Positions 10,859 to 21,006 of a DNA stretch of 64,000 nucleotides are shown here, in pieces. The notes beneath the pieces are model-generated. The model worked only from the letters and a program-made list of their open reading frames with translations, was not told the DNA's origin and searched no databases. This DNA is from Fimbriimonadales bacterium (GTDB lineage Bacteria > Armatimonadota > Fimbriimonadia > Fimbriimonadales > JABRVX01). Where the stretch lies: assembly GCA_045862955.1 (NCBI GenBank), contig BTVI01000003.1:47552-111551 (forward strand), read 5' to 3'. Each line of letters starts with the position of its first letter. Position 1 is the stretch's first letter. The translations under genes and the position numbers were made by a program.

Positions 10859-11012
10859 ATCCCAGCGAAAAGGGGGTGGTGCAGAACGATGAGTAATTCA
10901 GATATGCGCCAGGAGGGTCGCAGGTTTTAGCGGCCGCCGGGCGCGGCGTCAGTGATGAACCGCGCCCTCCTGGCTGAAAACCTACTTCGCCCCGGACTTC
11001 GCTCCGGGGCGT
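10859..11012 (+). ncRNA. Putative structured small RNA or leader containing a 13-codon ORF (10889-10930, MSNSDMRQEGRRF)
   Basis: Own promoter, very long SD-like tract, several complementary segments, closing GC hairpin at 10988-11011. Confidence 0.5.
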
Positions 11013-11019
11013 TGTACTT

Positions 11020-11760
11020 ATGGCTCACGTTGTCGCTGTAATCCCGGCTCGAATGGGCAGCACGCGCTTCCCGGGAAAGCCGCTTGCTCTAATAGCCGGC
11101 AAGCCCATGCTGCAGCACGTCTGGGAGCGTGTCGTAGAGGCTCGTAGCGTAGACGAGGTGTACATCTCGAGCCCGGACACCGAGATTCTGGAGGTTGCCA
11201 CGCGCTTCGGCGCCGACGCGGTCCCTTCGAGCCCAGCCTGCCCCACCGGCACAGACCGGGTCGCAGAGGTTGCGGCATCCACGCTGGGTGACATCTACAT
11301 CAACGTGCAAGGCGACGAGCCACTGATTCGGACGCAAGACGTGGAGGCAGTGGTGCGCCCGATGTTGCGAGATAACCCACCCGACTCCGCCAGCCTCTGC
11401 TGTCCGTGCACCCTTCAGGAAGAAACCGATCCCAACGTGGTCAAGGTGGTGCTGGACGTGTGGGGGTATGCGCTGTACTTTTCCCGGTCGCAGGTTCCCT
11501 ATCCACGTTCGCGCCAGCAGCGCGCGCTGCGACACCTAGGCATTTACGCCTTCAATCGCGAAACGATCCTGCAGTTTCCGCACCTGAAGCAGACGCCGTT
11601 GGAGAAGTCCGAAGGGTTGGAGCAGCTTCGCCTGCTAGAGCACGGCTACACGATGGCGCTCACGCGGGTCCGGCGACCAGCAGGCCCTGCGGTGGACACC
11701 CCCGAGCAACTCGTGGAGGTCGAGCGGCTGCTATCCCGCGGGACTCGACGGTCGTCTTGA
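11020..11760 (+). CDS. kdsB: 3-deoxy-manno-octulosonate cytidylyltransferase
   Basis: IPARMGSTRFPGKPL, GTDR, NVQGDEP, HLGIY and LEQLR motifs. Confidence 0.95.
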   Translation: MAHVVAVIPARMGSTRFPGKPLALIAGKPMLQHVWERVVEARSVDEVYISSPDTEILEVATRFGADAVPSSPACPTGTDRVAEVAASTLGDIYINVQGDEPLIRTQDVEAVVRPMLRDNPPDSASLCCPCTLQEETDPNVVKVVLDVWGYALYFSRSQVPYPRSRQQRALRHLGIYAFNRETILQFPHLKQTPLEKSEGLEQLRLLEHGYTMALTRVRRPAGPAVDTPEQLVEVERLLSRGTRRSS

Positions 11761-11790
11761 GTAGTAGTTGGACGCGGGGGGTAGCGCCGG

Positions 11791-12813
11791 CTACTCGACA
11801 CGGGCTTCGCCGCGGATTGCAGTGAGCAGGAAGTTCTGCACGGCGCGCTCGTCGGCAAAAGCCACCTCCTCGCGGAGCACCCACAGATCCGGCGCCCCTG
11901 GCAGCGAACGAAGCTTCACCGCGTCCTTCTCTGTGGTAACGGCCGTCATCCGGCCCAGATTGTCGAGGTCGGCAGCGCTGTAGTCATGGTGATCACCGAA
12001 TCGGAGGCTGGTCACCGAGGCCCCGAGATCTCGTAGGGTCTGCTCGAAGCGCTCCGGATTTCCAATCGCTGAGACGGCCAGCACCTTCTCCCCACGAAGC
12101 AGGGCTAGTTCTCGCCGCTGTGTGCCGTCCAGCGAGCGCAACTCCTTGGGTCGCCGAGTCACATGGAACGTAGGGAGGGGAGGTAGGTTCGGGGGTGTAT
12201 GGTCTCCGACGACGAGCAGGGCACTGGCCCTCCGCAACCCACTCTTCGGCTCGCGCAGCGGGCCTGCGGGTAGGCATCGGCCGTTTCCGAAGGGGCGCGC
12301 CCCGTCCAGCACCACGAGGTCTAGCGTGCGGGCGAGTGGCAGGTGTTGGAAGCCGTCGTCCATCAGGATCACGTCCACATCGGACCGACCAGCCACCGTT
12401 TTCGCCATCCTCACACGGTTTCTGCACACGATAATCGAGGCGTCGGGCAACGCCTCGCGCAAGAGCACCGCCTCGTCTCCCACCAGGCGAGGGTCCGCCT
12501 CTTTGCCCGGCGGCACCGCTGCACAGGGGCAGGTGCCTCCATACCCGCTGCACGAGACCAACACGCGCAGCCCTGCGCCTTGCAGAAGGTGGCCGATAGC
12601 GATGGTGACGGGGGTCTTCCCTGTCCCGCCAACCGAGATTGAGCCCACGCAGACTACGGGTACCGCAGGCTCGTGACGTTTCCGGAAGCCAAGCGCATAC
12701 CACGCAAGGTACAGCCGCCAACCCAGCGCGTACAGATGGGACGCGGGGAGGAGGGCGGCTCGCTTGAGGCGGTCGCCGTGCGCGGGCGAATCCCACAAGC
12801 CTGGCCAGTCCAT
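11791..12813 (-). CDS. lpxK: Tetraacyldisaccharide 4'-kinase
   Basis: VGGTGKTP, GDE, DDGFQH, GNGRCLPAGPLRE and TTEKDAVKL motifs. Confidence 0.94.
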   Translation of the reverse strand: MDWPGLWDSPAHGDRLKRAALLPASHLYALGWRLYLAWYALGFRKRHEPAVPVVCVGSISVGGTGKTPVTIAIGHLLQGAGLRVLVSCSGYGGTCPCAAVPPGKEADPRLVGDEAVLLREALPDASIIVCRNRVRMAKTVAGRSDVDVILMDDGFQHLPLARTLDLVVLDGARPFGNGRCLPAGPLREPKSGLRRASALLVVGDHTPPNLPPLPTFHVTRRPKELRSLDGTQRRELALLRGEKVLAVSAIGNPERFEQTLRDLGASVTSLRFGDHHDYSAADLDNLGRMTAVTTEKDAVKLRSLPGAPDLWVLREEVAFADERAVQNFLLTAIRGEARVE

Positions 12814-12854
12814 GGGCGGATTATGGCACCCGGCCCGTCGGGTAGGATCGGCGC

Positions 12855-14183
12855 GTGCTGACGGCTGCATTCACCACGCTAGGCTGCAAGGTCAACCAAT
12901 ACGAGACGCGTCGCATCGCCGAGAGCTTCGAGCGTCGGGGATTTCGCGTGGTGCCCTTCGAGGAGGCTGCCAGCGTGTACGTGGTGAACACCTGCTCCGT
13001 GACTGCGGTTGCGTCCAGCAAATCGCGGCAGATCCTGCGGCGGGCGAGACGCACCAACCCAGCCGCGAAGGTCGTGGTGACCGGATGCGAAGCGCATGCT
13101 GCGGCACGCGCGGGACGCCTGCTGCCAGAGGCCGACCTGGTAGTGCCAAACCCCGAGAAGTTGGAGACCATCTCGCACTTCCTGCGCGCGTTTCCAGAGT
13201 ACGCCGCTCGTGCTGCCGCTCCGTGTGCCGATGTAACGCTCCCACGGCCACAGCGACGCACGCGTGCGGTGGTGAAGGTCCAGGACGGATGCAACGTCTT
13301 CTGTTCCTACTGCTCGATCCCCTATACCCGTCCCGTACTTTCGAGTAGGCCTTGGCGTGACGTCGTGGAAGAGGTCGAAGAACTGGTAGCCGAGGGACAT
13401 CGCGAGGTGGTACTGACCGGCGTGCTGATCGGCGACTACGGACCACACACCGGGAGCGGCGGGCCGAACCTGAGCGGACTGTGCGCCGAACTCGCGGACA
13501 TTCGACGCTTGCAGCGCATCCGTATCAGCTCCATCGAGGTGACACAGGTCTCCGACGAGTTGATACGCCTGATGCGCGAAGAGCCCAAGATGTGCCCGCA
13601 CCTGCACATCCCACTGCAGTCCGGCAGCGACCGGGTGTTGAGTGGCATGGGACGGCCTTACTCTCGCGACGAGTACGTAGCGAGGTGCTCGGAGGCGAAG
13701 GCTAGCGTGCGTGACCTGGCCATCACCACGGACATCATGGTAGGGTTTCCGACGGAGGACGAGACCGCGCTGGGTGACACCGTGAGAGTCGTCGAAAGAG
13801 TGGGATACCTGTCAGCACATGTGTTCCGATACTCTCCTCGGCCGGGCACACCCGCCGAGGCGCTGGGAGACTCCGTGCCGCACGAGGAGAAGATGCGGAG
13901 AAGCAGGATCGTGTGCGAGGCCGCAGCTCGCTCTGGTCGCGCCTACCGAGCCGGGTTCATCGGGCGCCCAGTGCGAGTGTTAGTGGAAAGTGTGCAACGA
14001 GCGTCGGGGCTGTTGAAAGGACACTCCGACAACTACCTCGAAGTGGAGTTCCCCGGGTCCGGTGAGCTGGTAGGTGATCTCGTCACGGTGCGAGTTCTCG
14101 CTGACGGCCCTCACTGCCTGTCGGGGGAGATCATGGAACCACACAATGCAAGGAGGACGAATGGACGGCTGCATATTCTGTAA
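12855..14183 (+). CDS. mtaB: tRNA t6A37 methylthiotransferase (MiaB-like radical SAM)
   Basis: TLGCKVNQYET, NTCSVT, CNVFCSYC, RIRISSIE, HVFRYSPRPGT. Confidence 0.9.
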   Translation: MLTAAFTTLGCKVNQYETRRIAESFERRGFRVVPFEEAASVYVVNTCSVTAVASSKSRQILRRARRTNPAAKVVVTGCEAHAAARAGRLLPEADLVVPNPEKLETISHFLRAFPEYAARAAAPCADVTLPRPQRRTRAVVKVQDGCNVFCSYCSIPYTRPVLSSRPWRDVVEEVEELVAEGHREVVLTGVLIGDYGPHTGSGGPNLSGLCAELADIRRLQRIRISSIEVTQVSDELIRLMREEPKMCPHLHIPLQSGSDRVLSGMGRPYSRDEYVARCSEAKASVRDLAITTDIMVGFPTEDETALGDTVRVVERVGYLSAHVFRYSPRPGTPAEALGDSVPHEEKMRRSRIVCEAAARSGRAYRAGFIGRPVRVLVESVQRASGLLKGHSDNYLEVEFPGSGELVGDLVTVRVLADGPHCLSGEIMEPHNARRTNGRLHIL

Positions 14184-14505
14184 GATCGCGTCGAAGGAGG
14201 CACCCTCTCAATACGTTCACGAGACCGAGTACACGGTGGCTTTTCGCGATCTGAATCCCGTTGCGCCTTCGCACATTCTGATCATCCCAAAGCGGCACAT
14301 ACTTAACCTGGACGCCGCCTCCGCAGAGGACGCAACGCTGCTCGGCGAGATACTACTAGTAGCTGCTGCGATCGCGCGCAGTGAGGGATTCGCAGAGAAC
14401 GGCTATCGGGTCGTACTGAACGTTGGGCCGGATGGCGGGCAGACCGTCGGCCATCTCCACGCGCACTTACTGGCCGGCCGCCACCTCACCTGGCCCCCGG
14501 GGTAG
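14161..14505 (+). CDS. Histidine triad (HIT) nucleotide-binding protein
   Basis: CIFCKI, GQTVGHLHAH, C-terminal WPPG. Confidence 0.93.
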   Translation: MDGCIFCKIASKEAPSQYVHETEYTVAFRDLNPVAPSHILIIPKRHILNLDAASAEDATLLGEILLVAAAIARSEGFAENGYRVVLNVGPDGGQTVGHLHAHLLAGRHLTWPPG

Positions 14506-14511
14506 TAAACA

Positions 14512-16869
14512 TCAGACGTCGTCGTGTTCGGTGCGCGCGATGATCTCGTCTTGCAGTGACTCGCTCAGGTCGCAGAAGTAATCGCTGTAGCCGGCCACAC
14601 GCACGATCAGGTCGCGGTGCTTCTCGGGGTGCCGCTTCGCGTCGCGCAGCGTGTCGGCAGTTACTACGTTGAACTGCATGTGGTGGCCGTCCAGACGGAA
14701 GTAGGTGCGGACCAGATGTCCTAGCCGCTCGATGCCGTCGTCGCCTTCCAACACTTTCGGCGTGAACTTCATGTTCAGCAGCGTACCTCCGGTCCGTAAG
14801 TGGTCCATCTTCGCAGCGGACTTGATTACCGCTGTCGGGCCGTGCCGATCCGCACCCTGCACCGGAGAGATGCCCTCGGAGAGGGGCTCCCCTGCCCTGC
14901 GTCCGTCCGGCGTCGCGCCCGTCACCGAGCCGAAGTACACGTGACACGTGGTAGGCAACATGTTTATGCGATAGCAGCCACCGCGCGTGTTCGGACGGCC
15001 GTTAACGGCATCGTAGTAAGCATTGAACACGGCTACCATCAGGTCGTCGGCGCAGTCATCGTCGTTGCCGTACTTCGGGCTCTTGTTCACGAGCATCTGC
15101 CTGAGCGGCTCATGCCCCTCGAAGCCGCAAGCTAACGCAGCCAGCAACTCGCTGATGCCGACCGACCGTCTCTCGAACACGTGGTGACGGATCGCAGCCA
15201 GCGAGTCGGTGATAGTGCCTATACCCACCCCCTGCAAGTAGCTAGTATTGTAGCGTGCGCCACCGGCGTTATAGTCCTTCGCGTTCTCGATGCAGTCGTC
15301 GATGATCACCGAAAGGAACGGCGCCGGCATGCGCTGCGCATACAGACGTTCGATGACGTTGCTGCCACGTAGCTTGACGTCCACGAAGTGCCGCATCTGC
15401 GCTACGAACGCCCCCATCAGCTGCTCGAAGCTCTGGAAGGTAGCGGGGGCGCCAGTCTCGAGCCCAATCCGCTTCCCGGTCCTGGGATCGACGCCGTTGT
15501 TCAGTGCGATCTCTAGCACCTTCGGCAGGTTGAAGTAGCCTGTTAGTATGTACGCCTCTTTGCCGAACGCACCCGTCTCCACACAGCCGCTGGTGCCGCC
15601 ACAACGCGCATCCTCCAAGCTCTTGCCTTGACGCAACAACTCTTCCACTACCGCGTCGGCGTTGAACAGTGATGGTTGCCCCCAGCCCTTGCGCACGATC
15701 TTCAGTGCACGGCGAAGGAGCCTTTCAGGATTGCGTTTGCTAAGCTGTATGTTCGTGCTAGGTTGCAGCAGGCGCATCTCGTCCACTACGTCCAGCATCA
15801 AAAAGGTGACATCGTTCACTCCATCCGAGCCATCCGGCCGCAATCCGCCGTGGCTGATGTTGGCAAAGTCGGTGTAGGTGCCACTCTCGGCAGCGGTAAC
15901 ACCAACCTTCGGGGGTGCAGGCTGGTTGTTGAACTTCACCCACAGGCACTGCAGCAGCTCCTTGGCCGCTTCCTCTGTTAGCGACCCATCTTCCAGCCCT
16001 CGCTGATAGAAGGGTAATAGGTGCTGGTCGAGCCGACCGGGGCTGAAGGAATCCCAAGTGTTCAGCTCGGTGATGACTCCCAGATGGACGAACCAGTACA
16101 TCTGTAGCGCCTCGTGGAAGTTCCGTGGAGCGTTGGCTGGCACGTGCCGGCAAACCTCGGCGATACGTAGCAGTTCGGCCTTCCGTGTGACGTCTGCTTC
16201 TTGTGCCGCTTGCCTCTCAGCCTCTTCGGCGTGACGCTCGGCGAAGCGAATCAGTGCCTCACAGCACACCGACATGGCCCGCAACTGCTCCAGCTTGGCG
16301 AACGCTTCTGGGTCTGTTAGAAAGTCTAGCTGCTCGATGCGCGCTGCGATACGCTGCTGGAAGTCTCGCAGTCCGTAGTGATAGATCTTGTCGTCGGCGA
16401 CAGTGTGGCCGGGAGCTCGCTGCTCCATGAACTCCGTGAAGATGCCGGCACCGTATGCGTCTTTCCACTCCGGCGTCATGGCATCGAAGATGGCTTCTCG
16501 CAAGCTCTTTCCCTTCCAGTAGGGGATAATCGTCGTCTCGTAAGCCTTGCGCGTATCTTCGTCCACGGCATAGGGGATCTTCTCGCGCGAGTCGAGGAGG
16601 TCCAAGTCGTCGAGGGTGTGGCAGCACAGCTCCGGGTAGGTGGGAGTGGCCTTCGGCGCGGGTCCTCGCTCGCCAACGATCAGCTCCCCGGGGCCGACAT
16701 AGATGGTCTTGTGCTCCATTAGGTGCTGGAAGGCTCGCGCCCTAAGCATTGGGGGCGACATCGATCCGGCGTTGGCATAGAACTGGGTCATCAACAGCGC
16801 GCGCTCTGCCGAGATGCGTGGCTTCGCCCGGAGGCTCTCTTCCCTCAGCTTTTCGACACGATGGTTCAT
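14512..16869 (-). CDS. hypD: Glycyl radical enzyme, trans-4-hydroxy-L-proline dehydratase type
   Basis: RVAGYS glycyl loop, SGCVE, plus HypD-type segments RAPGHTV, NTWDSF, AESGTYTDFAN, LTGYFN and MLPTTCH. Confidence 0.85.
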   Translation of the reverse strand: MNHRVEKLREESLRAKPRISAERALLMTQFYANAGSMSPPMLRARAFQHLMEHKTIYVGPGELIVGERGPAPKATPTYPELCCHTLDDLDLLDSREKIPYAVDEDTRKAYETTIIPYWKGKSLREAIFDAMTPEWKDAYGAGIFTEFMEQRAPGHTVADDKIYHYGLRDFQQRIAARIEQLDFLTDPEAFAKLEQLRAMSVCCEALIRFAERHAEEAERQAAQEADVTRKAELLRIAEVCRHVPANAPRNFHEALQMYWFVHLGVITELNTWDSFSPGRLDQHLLPFYQRGLEDGSLTEEAAKELLQCLWVKFNNQPAPPKVGVTAAESGTYTDFANISHGGLRPDGSDGVNDVTFLMLDVVDEMRLLQPSTNIQLSKRNPERLLRRALKIVRKGWGQPSLFNADAVVEELLRQGKSLEDARCGGTSGCVETGAFGKEAYILTGYFNLPKVLEIALNNGVDPRTGKRIGLETGAPATFQSFEQLMGAFVAQMRHFVDVKLRGSNVIERLYAQRMPAPFLSVIIDDCIENAKDYNAGGARYNTSYLQGVGIGTITDSLAAIRHHVFERRSVGISELLAALACGFEGHEPLRQMLVNKSPKYGNDDDCADDLMVAVFNAYYDAVNGRPNTRGGCYRINMLPTTCHVYFGSVTGATPDGRRAGEPLSEGISPVQGADRHGPTAVIKSAAKMDHLRTGGTLLNMKFTPKVLEGDDGIERLGHLVRTYFRLDGHHMQFNVVTADTLRDAKRHPEKHRDLIVRVAGYSDYFCDLSESLQDEIIARTEHDDV

Positions 16870-16872
16870 CGT

Positions 16873-17757
16873 CTACGCTCCTATCGAAACCTGAAGCCCC
16901 TCGCGGGCCACGAGGCGGCGCATCAGCTCCAAGTCCTCTGGTGATTGTGTCTCCATCGGGGGAAGGTGGTAGTCGTAGCCGAGGCGAGCGTGCTTATCGG
17001 CGGCCATCTTATGGAAGGGCAACAGATCAACCCGCGTCACACCGAGGGACTGCACGAACTCACCGATGGCCGACAGATTCTCCTCGGTGTCCGTGATACC
17101 GGGAATGAGGGGCACCCGCACGATGACCTCCGAGCCCAGTGCCACGAGCTCGCGCAGGTTCTGCAAGATCATCTTGTTCGAGACGCCGGTGTAGATCCGA
17201 TGCTGCTCGGCATCCATCAGCTTCAGGTCATACAGAAACAGGTCGGTATGTCGAGCGATCTCGCGGACGGTGGCGGTCGGAGCAAAGCCCGTGGTGTCCA
17301 CCACCGTGTGTAGATCTTTCGCCCGGCAGGCAGACAGTACGCTCCCCAGAAACTCCGCCTGGAGTAGCGGTTCTCCGCCCGAAAAGGTAACGCCCCCGCC
17401 CGATTCCTGGTAGAAATCCCGGTCCTTCTCCATTTCGCGTAGCAGCTCGGGCACCGTGTACACACGTCCTACGATTTCACGTGCGCCCGTGGGGCAGGCC
17501 TCGACGCAGTCGCCGCACAGCACACACAACAGGCGGTTTTGCACCGCGCCAACCTTGCAGGAGCGAACGCAGGACCCGCAACGGATGCATCTTCCCTCCG
17601 TGAATGCTATCTCCCGTTCCGGAGCCCGGCTCTCCGGGTTGTGGCACCATGGACACGCGAGAGGGCAACCTTTGAGGAACACAGTGGTCCGTATGCCCGG
17701 CCCATCGTGGGTCGAGAAGCGCTGGATGTTAAATACGGTACCTGTGATTTCTTTCAC
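16873..17757 (-). CDS. Glycyl-radical-enzyme activating protein with ferredoxin insert
   Basis: HDGPGIRTTVFLKGCPLACPWCHNPES, two CxxCxxC ferredoxin motifs, GGVTFSGGEP; adjacent to the GRE. Confidence 0.93.
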   Translation of the reverse strand: MKEITGTVFNIQRFSTHDGPGIRTTVFLKGCPLACPWCHNPESRAPEREIAFTEGRCIRCGSCVRSCKVGAVQNRLLCVLCGDCVEACPTGAREIVGRVYTVPELLREMEKDRDFYQESGGGVTFSGGEPLLQAEFLGSVLSACRAKDLHTVVDTTGFAPTATVREIARHTDLFLYDLKLMDAEQHRIYTGVSNKMILQNLRELVALGSEVIVRVPLIPGITDTEENLSAIGEFVQSLGVTRVDLLPFHKMAADKHARLGYDYHLPPMETQSPEDLELMRRLVAREGLQVSIGA

Positions 17758-17923
17758 GAGATGTGGTCGAGTGCCCAGAGGTTCGCCCGCTCACCGCCCA
17801 TTGTATCGCAGGAGCAGGCTCGTTTCGGGCGCAGGACGCCCGATTCCATCGCAGGGCCCAGTGGGACTTCGCGCAATAGGCCACAAAGGGGTAGAATGGG
17901 CTCAATAATAGGAGGTTTGCCCT

Positions 17924-19885
17924 ATGTCCGTTGACCAGACTGCGATTAAGGCGCTGCTCGAAGAGAATCGCACCTTTCCTCCCTCCCCCGAGTTCGTGGC
18001 CCAGGCCAACGTTTCGGATCCTTCGGTCTATGAGCGAGCCGAAGCCGATCCGGAGGGCTTCTGGGCCGAGTTCGCCAGGGAGCTCCACTGGTACAAGCCT
18101 TGGGATACGGTGTTGGAGTGGAACCCGCCGCATGCGAAGTGGTTCATCGGCGGCAAGTTGAACGCTTCGTACAACTGTCTCGAGCGCATCATCGCCCAGG
18201 GCAAGGGGGACAAGATTGCTCTGCTGTTCGAGGGAGAGCCTGGCGATAGCCGGACTCTAACCTACAACGAGATGCTCGAGCAGACTAACAAGCTTGCCAA
18301 CACGCTGAAGTCCATGGGGGTTCAGAAGGGCGATCGGGTGTGCATCTATATGCCGATGATCCCGGAGCTCGTGATCTCCCTACTGGCCTGCGCTCGGATT
18401 GGCGCTCCGCACTCCGTGGTCTTTGGCGGGTTCAGCGCTCAGAGTCTCGTGGACCGTATCACGGACGCTGATGCGCACTACGTGATCACTGCCGATGGAG
18501 GCTACCGCCGAGGAAAGGTGGTTCACCTAAAAGCTGCGGTGGACGAGGCACTGAAGAACTGCCCGAACGTCAAGGCTACGCTAGTGTACGAGCGCATCGG
18601 CAAGCCCGACGTTTGCCCCGTGAACATGGTAGAGGGCCGAGACCACTGGTGGCAGACGCTCATGGCCCAGGCTTCCGACGTGTGCGAGCCCGAGCCGATG
18701 GATGCGGAAGACGTGCTTTACATCCTCTACACGAGTGGCTCGACCGGAAAGCCGAAAGGAATCGTGCACACCACGGGCGGCTATCTCGTCGGGGCCTATG
18801 CCACCGCCAAGTGGACCTTCGACCTGAAGGACAGCGACATCTACTGGTGTACGGCGGACATCGGGTGGGTGACTGGACACACCTATATCGTGTATGGAGC
18901 GATGGCTAACGGCGTGACGCAGGTGCTGTACGAGGGAGCTCCGGACTGGCCAGAGCAGGATCGATTCTGGGAGATCGTCGAGAAGTATAAGGTCACGATC
19001 ATGTACACCGCTCCCACCGCGATCCGCGCATTCATGAAGTGGGGCGACCACCTTCCGGCCAAGCACGACCTGTCGTCGCTTCGTCTTCTCGGCACGGTCG
19101 GCGAGCCGATCAATCCCGAAGCGTGGATGTGGTACTACGAGCACATCGGCGGCTCGCGAGTACCCATCGTGGACACATGGTGGCAGACGGAGACGGGGCA
19201 TCTGCTCATCACCCCGCTGCCAGGCATCACGGCCACGAAGCCCGGCTCCGCATGCCGCGCGTTCCCGGGAATCGGTGTGGACGTGATCGACGAGGCCGGC
19301 AACAGCGTGCCCAACGGCAGCGCCGGGTACCTAATCCTCACGCGCCCGTGGCCCGGCATGCTCCGCACCATCCACAACGACCCGGAGCGCTACGTGCGGC
19401 AGTACTGGTCCCAGTATCCGGGCCGCTACTTCACCGGTGACGGGGCGAAGAAGGACAAGGACGGCTACCTGTGGCTGCTCGGCCGCGTGGACGACGTGAT
19501 GAACGTCGCCGGCCACCGTCTCAGCACCATGGAGATCGAGTCGGCTCTGGTGGACCACCCAGCCGTTGCGGAAGCTGCAGTCATCGGGAAGGACGACCCA
19601 TTGAAGGGCCAGGCCGTAGCAGCGTTCGTGATCCTGAAGCAAGGCTACGAGCGCTCGGAAGAGCTGATCAGCGAACTCAAAAAGCACGTGGGAACGAAGA
19701 TCGGTCCCATTGCGCGGCCGGACGACATCATCGTGACCGCGGAGCTTCCGAAGACGCGGTCGGGCAAGATCATGCGGCGTTTGCTTCGTGACGTGGCCGA
19801 GGGGCGTGCGTTGGGCGATACCACCACGCTTGCAGACCCCGCGGTGGTCGCGGCCCTGAAGCAGAAGTACTCGGACGAGGGGTAG
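17924..19885 (+). CDS. acs: Acetate--CoA ligase
   Basis: [20 protein letters not shown] and [12 protein letters not shown] motifs. Confidence 0.96.
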   Translation: MSVDQTAIKALLEENRTFPPSPEFVAQANVSDPSVYERAEADPEGFWAEFARELHWYKPWDTVLEWNPPHAKWFIGGKLNASYNCLERIIAQGKGDKIALLFEGEPGDSRTLTYNEMLEQTNKLANTLKSMGVQKGDRVCIYMPMIPELVISLLACARIGAPHSVVFGGFSAQSLVDRITDADAHYVITADGGYRRGKVVHLKAAVDEALKNCPNVKATLVYERIGKPDVCPVNMVEGRDHWWQTLMAQASDVCEPEPMDAEDVLYILYTSGSTGKPKGIVHTTGGYLVGAYATAKWTFDLKDSDIYWCTADIGWVTGHTYIVYGAMANGVTQVLYEGAPDWPEQDRFWEIVEKYKVTIMYTAPTAIRAFMKWGDHLPAKHDLSSLRLLGTVGEPINPEAWMWYYEHIGGSRVPIVDTWWQTETGHLLITPLPGITATKPGSACRAFPGIGVDVIDEAGNSVPNGSAGYLILTRPWPGMLRTIHNDPERYVRQYWSQYPGRYFTGDGAKKDKDGYLWLLGRVDDVMNVAGHRLSTMEIESALVDHPAVAEAAVIGKDDPLKGQAVAAFVILKQGYERSEELISELKKHVGTKIGPIARPDDIIVTAELPKTRSGKIMRRLLRDVAEGRALGDTTTLADPAVVAALKQKYSDEG

Positions 19886-19916
19886 AGTTCCCCGCTTCGT
19901 GACGTAGGTTAGGTCG

Positions 19917-19939
19917 GGGCGGTCCTCCGGGCCGCCCCC
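19917..19939 (+). terminator. GC-rich hairpin downstream of acs
   Basis: GGGGCGGTCC-TCC-GGGCCGCCCC; no U-tract. Confidence 0.4.
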
Positions 19940-20059
19940 ATCGCATCGCAGTAGGCTGTCGCTCGTAACTGCCGGATGGCAAGCGGTTGCTAAGTGCCTT
20001 TCCGAGCCTTCGCGGGTCCCCCGGCAGTGGCTGTCTTCCCGAGCTAGTCGCGGCTCCCA

Positions 20060-20612
20060 TGCCTCGATGTTTGGGCTGCGGGTAGCGGCAGCCTTCCGCT
20101 CAAGACCATCCCCAGCAGCCGAACGTCGAGGCATCCAACTCGTCCATACCTCGGTGTTTCGGTTGCGGGTCGCGGCAACCTTCCGCTCAAGACCATCCCC
20201 AGCAGCCGAACGTCGAGGCACAGACGGTGCGCGCCAACAGAAGCGCCGGCATGCGACCCCCACCCCAGCTTCGCAGACCCTCCCCCTTCCGCTTCGCTCC
20301 AAGGGGAGGGGTCGGGGCTCGCTACGGACCGTACCAGAGCACGCGCTGGCAAGCATCGCTGAACGCCAAGCGCTACCACCGGGGCTAGCCGATGCATTCG
20401 GTCCATGCCTCGATGTTTCGGTTGCGGGTCGCGGCAGCCTTCCGCTCAAGACCATCCCCAGCAGCCGAACGTCGAGGCACAGACGGTGCGCGCCAGCCGA
20501 AGGGCCGGCATGCGACCCCCACCCCAGCTTCGCAGACCCTCCCCCTTCCGCTTCGCTCCAAGGGGAGGGGTCGGGGCTTCCCTGCCTCGATGTTTCGGCT
20601 GCGGGTAGCGGC
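20060..20612. repeat. Composite palindromic repeat cluster: 74-bp hairpin unit x3 plus a partial copy, and an about 99-bp unit x2
   Basis: TGCCTCGATGTTT...CCGAACGTCGAGGCA at 20060, 20147 and 20406, partial at 20583; CCCTCCCCCTTCCGCTTCGCTCCAAGGGGAGGG unit within 20221-20319 and 20480-20578. Confidence 0.9.
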
Positions 20613-20764
20613 CCCATGCCTCTGCTGCAGGAGCAGCGGAGGCATGGAGCAGTCGGCCACACGACCAACTGCAGCCTCCACGGCGAGAATGGCGAAAGCG
20701 CGCGAACAGCACCCGACGGCCACTCTTTTCCTAGGCCTTTTCGGGACTTTATCGCGCGAGCCTA

Positions 20765-20793
20765 TTGACACCTTGCAGAAAACCGATCATAGT
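20765..20793 (+). promoter_or_regulatory. Sigma70-type promoter
   Basis: TTGACA-N17-CATAGT. Confidence 0.75.
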
Positions 20794-20845
20794 GTAAGCG
20801 GTTCCGGGAATGACCGGCCCAATCTCACCAGGAGGAGCAGATCGA

Positions 20846-20944
20846 ATGACCAACCGCATCCGTCAGTATCTGCGGTCCCTCGCGCTGGCTAACAGCGAGG
20901 GGCTCCTGGGCGTCAATGCGTCTGCCTGGAGGAGGGTGTTGTAG
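20846..20944 (+). CDS. Putative leader peptide, 32 aa (MTNRIRQYLRSLALANSEGLLGVNASAWRRVL)
   Basis: AGGAGGAG RBS; lies between the promoter and a terminator; its 3' part can pair with the terminator's 5' flank. Confidence 0.65.
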   Translation: MTNRIRQYLRSLALANSEGLLGVNASAWRRVL

Positions 20945-20969
20945 GGCTTACAGCCACCAGGACGCAGCG

Positions 20970-21006
20970 ACGCCACGGGAGCCGGAAACCCGTGGCGTTT
21001 TCTATT
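20970..21006 (+). terminator. Intrinsic terminator (attenuator) upstream of the ABC operon
   Basis: ACGCCACGGG-N9-CCCGTGGCGT followed by TTTCTATT. Confidence 0.8.
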
